From the NCBI GenBank assembly GCA_030141605.1, contig JAQGDQ010000021.1:1178001-1242000 (forward strand): a DNA stretch of 64,000 nt. Direction: 5' to 3'. The notes below the pieces were generated by a model. That model searched no databases and was not told the DNA's origin. It worked only from the letters and a program-made list of their open reading frames with translations. This stretch comes from Tubiluchus corallicola. Its lineage: Eukaryota; Animalia; Priapulida. The position numbers and the translations under genes are program-made. Shown here piece by piece: positions 1 through 33,893 of the stretch (position 1 is its first letter; every line of letters begins with the position of its first letter).

Positions 1-215
1 CATAGCAGGCAAAACATGAAGGCATAAACTGGTCTTCTTATTTTCTCTCACATTAACAAACAATTTCAAAATTTGCCTATTATTCTTAATGGATAGATCA
101 TTTTGTAATGCATTGTCATTTCACATAAGTTATGTTACACAAAATTTTTGCGACACTCAACAAAAGTGCTAAATTTCATAGGCACATAATTTTGCAAGAC
201 TTCCCTCATTGTCCA

Positions 216-21393
<21,178 letters not shown>

Positions 21394-22513
21394 ATTCAAA
21401 GATTGCTTTTCCTCTGTGGTTAGCCCATTATCTGAAAAGTTTTAGTGACTACAAAAAAAATTAATAATAAAAAAGAATAAATAAAAATAAATAATAAATT
21501 AACAATAAAAAAGAATCTGCAGATTTTTGAAAAGAATTAGGCCCATTAGGGAAAAATCTACTTGCTTTTGTGCACCTACAATAAAGCAAAGCAGAAAAAT
21601 GATAACCTTAAAATGGAGGATCACAATCAGAAACTGTGCATTTACTTCTAAGGCCACTATATTACAAAATTAAGTTAATTAACCAATACGAAAAGGGAAA
21701 AATGCCCCATCATGAGATTATGCTAAACTGCAAGTCAATACAAGTTAGACCTGATGAGCTAAGAAACACATATTACAAAGTAAAGATAAATTAGTAGTTT
21801 ACTTCTCCACAGGAGTACAAATCTTAGGGCTGCTGATAGTACTTACCTAGATGACAACCCTGCCAGGGATGCTATACATTTTAAATTTTCAAATAAATCT
21901 GAATAATCAATACATATTTCAAAGCCAGTATCTTATAAATGTAGTTACAAATTTCGTTCCAGATAAAATTTCCTATATAGATACAATCTGTGGATCACAT
22001 AGATCACATCTGTGGAACTCATATTACTACTGTCCTCTTACAGCAGAGGTAGCATGGTCGACGAAACAGGTCTGTATTCCATATTTAGAATTCACCATTA
22101 TGATAGATGTGGTGCACCCTATTCCTAGATTCAAGCTTTCCTTACGCAATACTGTTAATTTCATGCTTTGGCAGTTTAGTGATAATAGCAAAAAATGGCT
22201 TCTTCAGCTGACCATCTTCATCATCCTATGATCCTATTCTCACAATGTGTTTCCATTTTACTGAATGGATATTCTGAATCCAAGCTTTTACAGCACGTAT
22301 GATTCCGGTTTCAAGACATTAATGATCTAAGTGGGTTAGATGACTGATACTGAAGGATATTTAGAGTTTCATAAGGTGTTTGCCAAACACAAAGCCGTTT
22401 CAGTCGACATCTCATTCACTGGCAGTTCAACAACTTGAAAGTTCTATAGTCTGTATAGACTTGTCTATAGTATATCTTGTTGCAATTCTTACAATGCAAC
22501 AATAGTGGCACTA

Positions 22514-22902
22514 CAGTCTTCCCTTGCTACTTCGCGGACTCGCTGTTTCGCGGGTTTTTGCGATACTCCGTCTAAGGTATTTTTGCACAAGCGTAGTACG
22601 TATTGTACAGTAATATACAGATTTGATAAATTTTGCATAAAAAATCACAAAATGTATAAAAATATATTAAAAATATTAATTCTAACATTAAAAGAATATT
22701 ATAAATCATAAAAAAATTACCATTTACAGTAAATAGTGCATTTATTCGGCAGATGAATACACACCAAAAACGAAATGTAGTATTTGCGCCCGCTTGAGAT
22801 GCTACTTGCAGACGTGAGATTGTCTACTTGACTATTTTGCGGAAATTCACTTATCGCGGGTGGGCCTGGAACGGAACACCAGCGATAAGTGAGGGAACAC
22901 TG
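22514..22902. mobile_element. pogo/Tigger-type MITE
   Basis: TA-flanked; termini CAGTCTTCCCTTGCTACTTCGC and GCGATAAGTGAGGGAACACTG are imperfect inverted repeats beginning CAGT; AT-rich non-coding interior. Confidence 0.75.
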
Positions 22903-24907
22903 TATACAGTATATAATACCTACATAAAATGTACTATCGAGTATTTAGTATTACCATCTAAACTTGTCAATTAATAATAACAAGTCGATGAATGCAGTTT
23001 TAACACTAAATCATTTAATGTTATAACTGTAGGCTTTGAATTTCTCACCAGCCAGTCTACTTTGCTTACCAATGTTTACTACTAAATTAGTAACAAGATT
23101 ATTAATATTATACTTAATAGTTTATAATTCATATGTATTTTCGCTCCACTGCAGCTTAATGATACAAATAAAAAAATCTAATATAAACTCAGTGAAAAAC
23201 AAGTAACAGAAACAACGTCAACAACTAGTGAAAACTTAAACCTGATATAATTTTAAAATCAAATCTAAAAAACAATAAGTGTGTAGCAAAACTCAAAGTG
23301 TGCTATTTTGGAGTTTTTTGTAGCTCCGCGAACACCAATACTGGTGACATCTAGTGACGATACTTAATAACTCTCGAAAAAATACTATGTCTCGCAAAAC
23401 GCAATCAAGCATGTGTTCCAGCTCCAGTGATCCAATCAGGCAATCATCCAATGCCAATGGTTATGCTGGTGATGGAGATGATAATAATAATAATAATAAT
23501 AATAATTGAGACTCGACGACAATGATGACGACGACGATTATTGTGATGATGATACATAGTGATGATCATGCTGCTGCTGATTCAGTGGGTCAGTCTTGAT
23601 CCTCGTTGCAGTTCAGCAAGCAATCACTCTAGGAACGACTGTGGGATCTATATACACTGTATGCAGCTTCATATCATGACTCCACCTTCATTTCTAAATT
23701 CCATAATGGCCATAGTACACTCGATAATTCTTCGTATAGATCACGGGCATCAACCCCCAAACATTTACTTGACTTAAACAGTTACAAAAAATAGGTGTTC
23801 ACTTGTAGCTTCATCAATATTACACATGGGGCATATTAAATTATTTATGTGGGCACTTTTGAATTTGCACTTCAATTCCAACATATTTTATCTAATTTTC
23901 ATGCAATGACTCACATCTTATTCACACCTAATTCAGAAATGTAATTTTGCTTTTTAAATTGATTATGTTTGAGAAATCTCAATTTCGTAAGTTATTGCAT
24001 TATGATAAAACATTAACTTTTTGAACACATCTCTATTTTTAATTGGCCAGCAATTGACCAGCATTTTTTATTTAAGCTAAAATTCCTCAGTAAGGGTTTG
24101 GGTTTTTCCTGACATAACAATTTTGTTAAGACCTTAAATTGATTATTTTCTACCTGTTTCCAATCTATATTAAATTTGTCCACGTTTTACTGTTGTATAA
24201 AGATGACAATATAAAGGTGAACAATGATGATAATGAGGACGATAACTATAATAATGATCGTGATGATAATGAATTCATGAGTAATATTCGTTGAGCAATA
24301 AAATTAGTTACACCTTTAGTTAATAAAATATTTAGTGGGCATTATTCCTACAAGAAAGACTGCAATTGTCATATGTAGATGGGCCATAGCCCACAATATA
24401 ATTGCAAGAAAGAATGCAAAAAACTAAGGCAGCCAGACTTAAGAAAAAGAGAAAAAATAATATAGAAAAAGGAGAAGAGACGAAAAAGAAAAAGAAAGCA
24501 GAGCAAAAAAGGAACAAAGAAAGAGAGTGAATATGCTTGTGTGTACATGCATGTGTCAGTGAATAAATGATTGAGTGAGTGAGAAAGCAAATGCGTAAGT
24601 GGAAAATTATCAGATTTGGCACTAGCTCTAACCACCGGCTAGATTAATTATTAATAGTTATTATTGAATAATTTATTTCAATTCTTCAGTCTTCTGACGA
24701 AAAAAAAACGCTGACACGTTCATGTCTTCATATTAAAGCCTTTGGTCTAAGTAGGGTAATGAGTGTGCACAGAATATTATGTACTTTCACAGTTAAGATA
24801 TGGCGACATCCGTTAATAAAGTTATTTATTCGCGTTGAATCCTCGGTTTCTCTCATTTCTCGATAATTTCGTATTAGAAGGAGTAATGAAGCAAATTTAA
24901 AAACGCC

Positions 24908-27900
24908 ATGATGCAGTGGTTGATGCTATGGCAGTCAGCTACTACAGTAATTGTACTTTATCAGTTCCAGTTAGTTAACGGTAGGTTAACTGTTCAGTTT
25001 GTTTTCCAGTCATTTTCTCGTACCGGTCTACCTTTAGTCAGCTTAAAGCTGTTAGTGAATCACACTAGAATTAAAAAAGCAAAAATTAAGTTTAACCTAT
25101 TAATAAGAATACAATAAAATCTCAGGAAGATTTGTCAGACTCGTTTCATGAAGATTCGTCAGCTCGTGTGTTTACTCTGTATAGGCAGCTAAACTTTTCC
25201 ATGGATTTTAATGAAATATTCCATAAATAATACTGACGGATGAGTGGGTGTTGTCGAGTTTGATTCCGCCATCTTACATATGAGATGTGATCGATTTTTC
25301 CATGATTGTTTCAGCATTTGGGAAAATTCTTTTAGCCGCATGTTGGCACTCTGCTGCCACACCGTCACACAGCACCGTACGAAAGCTGATGTGAAGCTTT
25401 TTGCTAAACCAATTTTGGAAGCAGTTTACAATTCCCCACACAACTTTGACAATAACTCCAACCCAACCCTATCGCAAACCCTAGTCCTAATCCGCTTCAC
25501 AAACTAACTTCTTGTGTGTGGGGAATTGTAAACTTTAGCCCCAATTTTGCTTGAAAAGGGTAGTCTTATTTTAGCATTTTCTGTGGGCTGCCGGCAGAGT
25601 GAAAGAAAAAGTGAAAGAAAAGGGGAGACAGAGGGAATTGAGCATGTGATGCATAAGTAAAGTGATAGTTTTGCTAGTTTAGTTACTTCCTGTTATAATC
25701 TCCTATGCTCAGCTGAAATGCATTGTCAGTCAACAAGGATTTTGAATGTTAAGTAGGCATGTTGCTTAGCTTGAATTATGATCTACTTTACATGTTGGAA
25801 ACCATCTCATAAGAAATGCGTTTTTGCTTAATAATGTTATTGATGCTTTCAGGGGTTGATGTTTGTGCATTTTATGCAAGAGCTTGTCCTCCAGATAATG
25901 CCTGCATTCCAAAATCTGAACCGTGCCGTAAGTGTTTTAACCTGAGCTTTCCAAATTTGTTAACTTCGTTTCTATTTCACATTTCTAGCATGTTAGTATA
26001 TTATAAACAAAAAAATATATATGTGAATGATTATGTGCTGGCCCCAAACTGGGCTAAAAAACATTGCCTTTATTTCAAATTTGTGCATTCTTTGCGATTT
26101 TGTTCTCAAAATCGATTGAACTAGTTCAGGAAAAGTTAAGATGTCCAGTAAGATATTATTATAATCATTTGACCTATAACTTATCTATAACTTACATGCT
26201 TTTCATTATTTTGCAGTCCTTAACTACAACTATAAGGATAAATTTTATAGTAAAACTGTGTTTGTTTTTGTATATAGCTGGACAGTGTGCACAATATGAA
26301 AGATTGTGCAATGATGGGGCTTGTAAGCTAGCTTGTGGTATGTATGTTTGTCATTCATAACTTCGTATTTGACTTTAAAAATTTCTTTATTGATAAATTC
26401 TCATGCAGTTTTCTTCATAATAGTCAAGTTTGCTATGGACACAAACTGCCTTTGTTGTTGAATTAATTATTATTACAGTTGATCGTGAATAAATTATGCC
26501 ATGTACTGTAAAAAAATTTTGGCATCTTCCGCACCTGTTTCACTTTTGCAATTTATTAATGGTGTAGTAGTCATTTTCTTCTTTAACAAATTCTTAAATT
26601 AAAGAACATTCTATCAGTCAACAACACAGTCTCAATTAAATTAGTTATGCTGTATGCTTATATTTAAGTGTTACGCATGTGCAAAGAGCGATTGCTGAAC
26701 TTGTACAAGAAGTGAGGCAACAATGGGTGTCATGTTTTAATATCAATTCTTTTTTATCTGTTTTTATTGCAAATAATGGTTGCTAGGTTCTGATACAAAT
26801 CCTATAGTCTGTATGAGAAACAATATGTGCATTGTTTTAATACAAATTCTGTTGTCTGCTGTATGGCAAACAATGCGCAACAGAAAAACTGCACTCGATT
26901 GTATCTGTGACAAAAACAGCCCTTGAGCAACACACTTCTGAAGCATTGTTCAGTATGCAGTCCAGCAATCTCTCTCTACACTTGTGTGACATTTAAATCT
27001 GTGGCTATACCTAAGTTTTCTTATCGTAATTTAGATGATGTGCTGTGCTATAGCTGGGAATTCCGGTGCGCTGCTGGTGATCAGTGTATAGAGGGGCTCA
27101 GAAAGTGTGATAGCATTTCCGACTGCTGGGATGCCAGTGACGAAATGCAGTGTGGTGAATCTCATCATGTTATCATTTCTGATGATGATGACACTGTCTT
27201 AGGTACGATTAGTTATGGTTATTTGGCTTTACAAGTAGCAGCTAACGATTTCAACTAATGGTTTTAGTGAATGGCGATTATTTTTGTTATTACTGATTTG
27301 ACATTATTTTGATTTTGTAGTAAATTGGTGTAAATTTATGTTTTTCTTTTTGTACACTGAAAGCTGATTATGATTCATTATTATCATTGTCTTCACCATC
27401 AATATCGTTGTCATTATCATCATCATTACCACCGTCATTATCTTTATCATCGTTAGAGTTCCAGTTTGTGTAATTCAGAAATCACTATACACGAACAATA
27501 AATGAGAAAAAATTAATATTGCATTGAATGATTTTTTACTTTTTGGGTAGGTGGTTCACAATTTGTTGTCATTTTTCTCTGCAATTAATGAGACATTTCT
27601 CTCACCAGTAGCAGCTGTAACTCTGTAATCAGACTGAATGACTCAGAAATTGTAAACAGATGATAGGAAGAACTTATGTAACTGATAGTCTTAATAGAAA
27701 TTGATGACCTTGAAAAATTGTTTCAATAATCAGATGCATTTAAGCAGGGCTTTTAGTTTTTACTGCTTTGGGCAACTTCATCTGCTATGTAGCCAGAGTC
27801 AAGAATCTAAGTTTTTCTAGGTATATCCAATTTTAACAATTTGGTGCCAGGTGTCAGTTGCATCATGATCAGCGATGTCATTGGTGTTTGGCGATTTTAA

Positions 27901-30173
27901 AATTTACCAATTCTGAGTCAAAATACTTTTAATATGAGCAGGAAAGAGCGAATGTAAGATTCAAACTTATCAGGGAATGAAAACCTGTGACAGTATGAGT
28001 ACATATGAACATCTGCATCAGTTTTTTTATGTTACTCATAATATCAGTGTCAAGACTTATTTTCTCTACAAGTAAAAATGATAAATGTGCTCGTGTAATA
28101 TGTAGTCTAAAGCGTTATGCAAAAAAATTAATATTGCTAACAAGAAGATCAACGCAGACTCTGCTTGCACGTATCTTTTCTTACCAACTTTTCCTGCACA
28201 TGCTGTATTATTTCTAATTCTTTTATTCGTTTGTTACAGAAATCAGTTGGTGGGTTTGGCTGATTATCGGCATACTCTTTCTCTTTGCTTCCCTATCTCT
28301 TTTAGTTTGGTGCTGCTGTTTTAAAACTCGACAGCGACGTCGTGCCGAAGCAGGTTTGTTAATAGTTAGTGTTGTCCATATTCGTTGCTTTGGTGTAATA
28401 CTTTGTGTAGTGCATCTGTGAGACTGCCAGATGCTTCTTTGTTTATTCTTTATTCATTTGTGCCCTTGTTGAGTTGTAGTACTACTGATGCAGTATTGCC
28501 AAACAATAGCGATGCAAACAGTGCCGAAGTTTGAATATGAACACTGTACAGTGCTGATTGTGGTAACTAGTAAAGTAGCTCTAGTAATTTAATAATGACA
28601 GTTTTAAATTCTTGTATTTTGCAACTTGCAAATACTTGAAAGAGAGTGAAGTGTCTTGAATCCATGTTTTAATTTATCACAACTATATCAGTAAGTGTTA
28701 ATGTCAAAATTCTGATTTTAGTATAACTTTATTACTGATTAAACCATAAGCACTTTTTCTACTACAATGCGCAACAAAATGCAGTTGCTCAAGTCACTGA
28801 AGATTTAGCATCACTCAGTTTTTCAACTGGTGAAAGGGATGGTTGTAAAACTTTCATTTGGAACTTTTGGCTTCTTGTGATACTTAGTTAAAACACAAAT
28901 CTACATAAGGCAAAGTTTAGGTTCAAGCCTCATTGTTGTACAAATTTCTTTGCCTTTTAAAAAAAATTTTGTTCATTTTTGCAGAAAGAATAGCATATGC
29001 TCAGGAAGCTACAGCAAGACAGTTTGCATTTGATCCGGCAATAAGCCAAGCAAACAACGCAGTTTATGCACAAGGTAAATTCATATGATAGTGTCCTTAC
29101 GTTAATTGTTAATCAGCTGAACTTGTGTACATAAAGAAAGTAAACACAATTTGTTAGTGTTTAGTTTTTTAACATTTTATTTTGTTAGCTAATTATAAAT
29201 TTAAATTATTCGTACAATAATTTAAAAGTGGGATGATGTATGTGAATCCTGGAACTTCTGCTGGTTCAGTGGCTCAATTTACAAGACTATGCAGATAAGC
29301 CACAGCCTGTTAGTATTTCTTTATTAATAATGTTACATTCACTAGCACTTTGACCAGGCGTACTTGCAAAATGAATCTCATCTCATGTTTGACTCTAACT
29401 CTGTCAACATTTGATGCCGAGTGCTTTGGCTTTCTCTTTGACTGCAACTCATTTTAATCAGTTGGCGAACACATTCATTAGCAGTTGAATAACTTGAAAC
29501 ATTTAAATAATATGACATTGGCATAAATTCAACAATTGTTTAGTTGGTTACTCACAAAAAAACTCAAAAAATTAATTAGTTTGAAGAAAAACTAGAACAA
29601 AATCCTCATACGTTGCAAGCAACTTTAGAGGCAATTTAACTGAAGTTTATTGATTAAAGTTGACTGAAACTCATTTAAATCAGATGGCATATACTCATTT
29701 GCAGTTGAACAACTTGAAACATTTGAACAACTGACCATGGCATAAATTCAACAATTTTTTAGTTGTTTACTCACAAAAACTCAAAAAATAAATTTGTCTA
29801 GTATACAATCCTCATTGTGTTGCAAGCCACTCTGATTGGAGTTTACTGATCAAAGTTGATTGTGTGTTAATTATCTAATAAAGGCAAAATGTTTAACAAA
29901 AGCCTTAAATTCTTTTGTTTCTTGTACATCACATCTGGTTTTTGCTTTATTTCGTTTTGTGATAGTGTATAATTATTTGTTTCTGTGTTTTACTTAGGCA
30001 GGGAAATAATCGCTTCTGACTCGCCAATATTGACGAGAATGAACCCCACTGCACCTCCGTTATCTGACTTAACTCCTAGTTCAACTCTTTCATCACACCG
30101 ACCACCTCCGTACACGCCGAATGATGCGCCGCCACCCTATGAAGAAGATGAGGTTCTTAATACAAAATTGTGA
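24908..30173 (+). CDS. LDL-receptor class A domain single-pass type I membrane protein with cytoplasmic PTAP and PPxY motifs (LDLRAD-like), about 251 aa
   Basis: Exons 24908-24980, 25853-25927, 26278-26337, 27035-27202 (alternative donor after 27154), 28240-28353, 28985-29074, 29998-30173; all introns GT-AG phase 1. Signal peptide; LDLa CYSWEFRCAAGDQCIEGLRKCDSISDCWDASDEMQC; transmembrane WWVWLIIGILFLFASLSLLVW followed by CCC and KTRQRRR; tail PTAP...PPPY...PPPY. Confidence 0.85.
25417..25540. mobile_element. 124-bp MITE with telomere-like core (Merlin-like termini)
   Basis: Perfect 20-bp inverted repeat AGTTTACAATTCCCCACACA (25423-25442 / 25515-25534), GG...CC ends, 8-bp direct repeat CCAATTTT on both flanks, degenerate CCCTAA core. 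Confidence 0.75.
29440..29859. repeat. Diverged tandem duplication, two ~200-220-bp units
   Basis: 29440-29661 and 29662-29859 share GACTGMAACTCATTT, GCAGTTGAAYAACTTGAAACATTT, GGCATAAATTCAACAATT and TTGCAAGC in the same order. Confidence 0.8.
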
Positions 30174-30241
30174 AGTGGAAGCTGTGAGCAAAATGAGGAA
30201 TGTTCTCGATGAAATATGAGTCTCAGGAGGTATGTGAATTA

Positions 30242-30648
30242 GCCTTTTCACAGCTCCAGTGATTGATAATAATCATTAAAAGTTCAAAGGTTAACCTAAC
30301 AACATTATCTGAAACGAACAACACATTTGTTTACACTTGGCAGTGCTACTCAGCCATGCTATTGTAATTGTAACAGTTTCTGGTATTAATTTTCGATTTA
30401 GTTATTCGATTTTACGTGGATAGCTGCTGCTATTTTGTTAACTGTTTTCAGATAAGAATAACATGTTAGTTTAAAACTATACACATGTAATATTATAATA
30501 AAAATAACCACGTGTTTCACCCGTTTTACCTACATGTGGTTACGTGCATAAGATCACATGACTGTTGCAGTTTAATAAGACGTGCTGGGTTCATTTAACC
30601 TTTGACCTATAGCAACTGCACATGTGCATAACGAAACTGTGAAAAGGC
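30242..30648. mobile_element. PIF/Harbinger-type MITE in the probable 3'UTR of the LDLa gene
   Basis: Terminal inverted repeats GCCTTTTCACAG...CTGTGAAAAGGC with TTA on both flanks; second copy at 40787-41185. Confidence 0.7.
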
Positions 30649-33179
30649 TTATTATTGGGTATACTGATCTAACAAATAGTAGTTTCATTGCATGGTGGTA
30701 TTTATGAATTTCCACATTAATGACAGTTACTCTGAAGAAAGGTTTAAAGATTTATTTGTAGACATTGCAGAATTTGTTCACATTAAGTGCTCTTTGAAGT
30801 TTTAGTGTCAACAACAGAATAAGAACTATAATCATGTATAATAGTTGTAATTTAAATGTACACTAAATACCTGAAAGTGCCTGCCTCTATGAATCAACAT
30901 ACAGTTTATTGAGTGCATACGGGCGTAGCAAATGTCATTATCAATGCTGGAAATTAAGCCAAAGGAAATATATAAGAAAAATATTTAATGTGCTGATTAT
31001 TTCTTTACTTTCTTAATTTCTGGGTTTGATAGTGATATTTTTGTCAAAGTGATCACCTCCAGTCTAAAACAGCATGTTAAATGTACACTACTTTCGTAAA
31101 AAAGTACCAACCTAATCACATTTTGGCTCATACAACGAAAGAGTTAATTTTAGAGAGGTGAATACATTCTGGCATTATGAGGAAATGATTTATAGATTCA
31201 GTTTTAAAAAAAATCAATAATTTTTTACCTGTTCATAAGTTTTGTTGTGGTTTCAGAATCAACACACTCGGTAAATGCAAACGTACTTTCTATATTGAAG
31301 TTTTAACTTGGTATATCAATAACATAGTGTAAATCTGACAGCTTTTTTATTATAGTACTTTATGATACTTTTATAGACCTGTTTTATTGAATTTTATAAT
31401 CATGTTTCTAAGCTAGTCATAATGGAGAAAGCTATTACAGTGAAGTTATTGTTTTATAATGATGGTATTTTACAAAAGCATAGTATTTTACTCTAATTAT
31501 TCTGCTTTAATTATTAATTCTTAATTGTGTACAGTTTAGGAGTAAATTATTAACGGAATGTCGCTTGTTTTGCTGATTTTATTAAAACGATGTTTGCATG
31601 TTTGAAGAGTGTCATTTATGATATTATTAATACATTTGTAAGTTTACAGGAGAACTACTTTAATAACACAGCACATTGAAAACAGGGCTAGTATTTATGT
31701 ATATGGCTTGCTGTAATTAGAAGTTTCATCATCAGTATTTCTGAGCTTATAAGTATCGCTACTGTAGCAATTATTGTAATTAGAAGGAAAGATTAATATT
31801 CATTTTAAGTGACTGTTTTAACAATAAATGTTATTTTGACACTTGAGTATCATTAACCCTTGCCTATCTACATTGGAGGTCAATAATACCTCCGGGATTT
31901 TTTTTTATTAAGTTCTTTTACTTGCTTTAAAATTGCAATTAAGTTTTCTCTTTCATATTTTTGCTGTTATTTTTTTGTATTTTAATTGCATTCACTATTA
32001 TAATACACTGTAATGTTAACTGAGAACCGTGGATGTGTTTGTACCAGGGCACTAGTGAGTAGCATTATTATTAGTTTTCTATACTGTTTATGTGCGAAGA
32101 GTGCCAAAGTAAATGATTACTATCTCTGCACTACATGCTCATGTAGTTTTTCAAAAATACCACAAAAACTCTACCAAGCCTGATAAGTAATTTATTTTTA
32201 AAATTAACATGCCATAAAAGCAAAGTAGAAAAAGGTACAGTATAGTATAGTGATTACTAGCGTAAATATTACCTTAGCATTTTTTTTATTCATACATGGG
32301 TACATTATGGCTCAGAGCTGGTATGGATGCATGCTTATAAACGTTCCACTGCGCAAGGTTTGCACAACCTCTCCTTGCAATTATGCCTGTTAATTGTAAT
32401 AAGGCAGTTAGAAAATTAATGTATGGCAGGAATCATAGCATTACTGATAATGTAGTCTAATGACGTAAGATCTATGTCAACTGTTATATTATCGTTCACG
32501 TGAAATTTGCTGGCTTTGCGATATTTTCTACTCTGATGTTTCTTACCAATTCTTACCGCTTTTATGAAATTAATATATTTTTATATGGATAGTTATTATT
32601 TGCAAATAATGCTAACTCTGTTATATTTTTTTACTTAAAATAGGCATATTTTATAATTTAAAAACATTTATTCAAATTTTTAAAGTTGTAAAAGTGCAGC
32701 ATTTTATATAGAAATCAGATGGCATCTATTGGTATTTCAACACATGAACACAATTGTGTGATACATATCCTAAAATTGTCATAATGTACAAGTCCACAAT
32801 GTATTATGTTCTTTTGAGATGTAATACACATAAATGATATTAAGTGTACTTTTGCACACCAGCTTTTTACTATGTGCTGTATTACTATGGAATTTACTGA
32901 ATAGTAATTAAAATTTTTTATTACACTTGTAGTAAGATTTAAAATAACTTTTTTACCACCATACCATATGTGTTTGTAGTTTGTAACTTTTGCTACTTTT
33001 TATTTTGATGCAGTATTAGCAGTTTCCTGCTATAATTCATTTAAAGCATTTTTGTACTCACTTCCGTAATAAAATCTGTAGAAAGCGCCATTGATCATTT
33101 ATGTTTTTCTTTGAAATAGATTTTTGTAAGTTTACATCAAACAGTGAACATCAGCAAATACAGGCAACGTGGTTGTTAG

Positions 33180-33547
33180 TAAGGGCGAGCATTCTCTACC
33201 AGAAAGCAAATTCGAATTGAATCTGTAACTTTCGTATCAAGTTCAAATTGAGTTTGAAAGTTTTTCGAACAAGTTTTCGAACCACCAGTAAAAAGCAGCG
33301 CATAAAGATCTTTCATATTGTTCGATTTTATTCTGTGTAAAACTGCTAATAATATGCACAAAAATTGTGCACATATATCGCATCTAAATTATGCTAATTG
33401 TGTGCAGTCTCAAACATTTTAATGATAGAGAACATATGTGGTTGAAGTGCTTAAGTATTCGAAACTGTAATTATAGGTTCGAATCGAATTCGAACTAAAA
33501 AAATTCAATTCTGTCATTCAAACTCGAACGTTCTATGCTCAACCCTA
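33180..33547. mobile_element. hAT-type MITE
   Basis: 8-bp target-site duplication GTTGTTAG (33172-33179, 33548-33555); imperfect inverted termini TAAGGGCGAGCAT / ATGCTCAACCCTA; subterminal TTCGAA repeats; related inverted copy at ~453-803. Confidence 0.75.
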
Positions 33548-33893
33548 GTTGTTAGTATAACATAACACTAACATTACAATATCAGCATTTCACTATGAGA
33601 TTACACCATTTGCACACCAGTAACTGATAGCTATCAGATCACCATTTTGAATGTAAAACATTACAAAAATTGGCTAAATTATTTACATGTCCTCTCTTGA
33701 ATTAGCTATCTCTATAACAGTGCCGAAATTTCGCTTACAACCATTGTACTGCATACAATCCCGCTGCTGCTGATGATATCAGCAATGACTATCACAAGGA
33801 TACTAATGATGATTATGATGATGATGATGAGCATACATTTTGTGATGTAATACAACAGCATTATAAATTCAGCTATCGGAATACTATCAGGCC

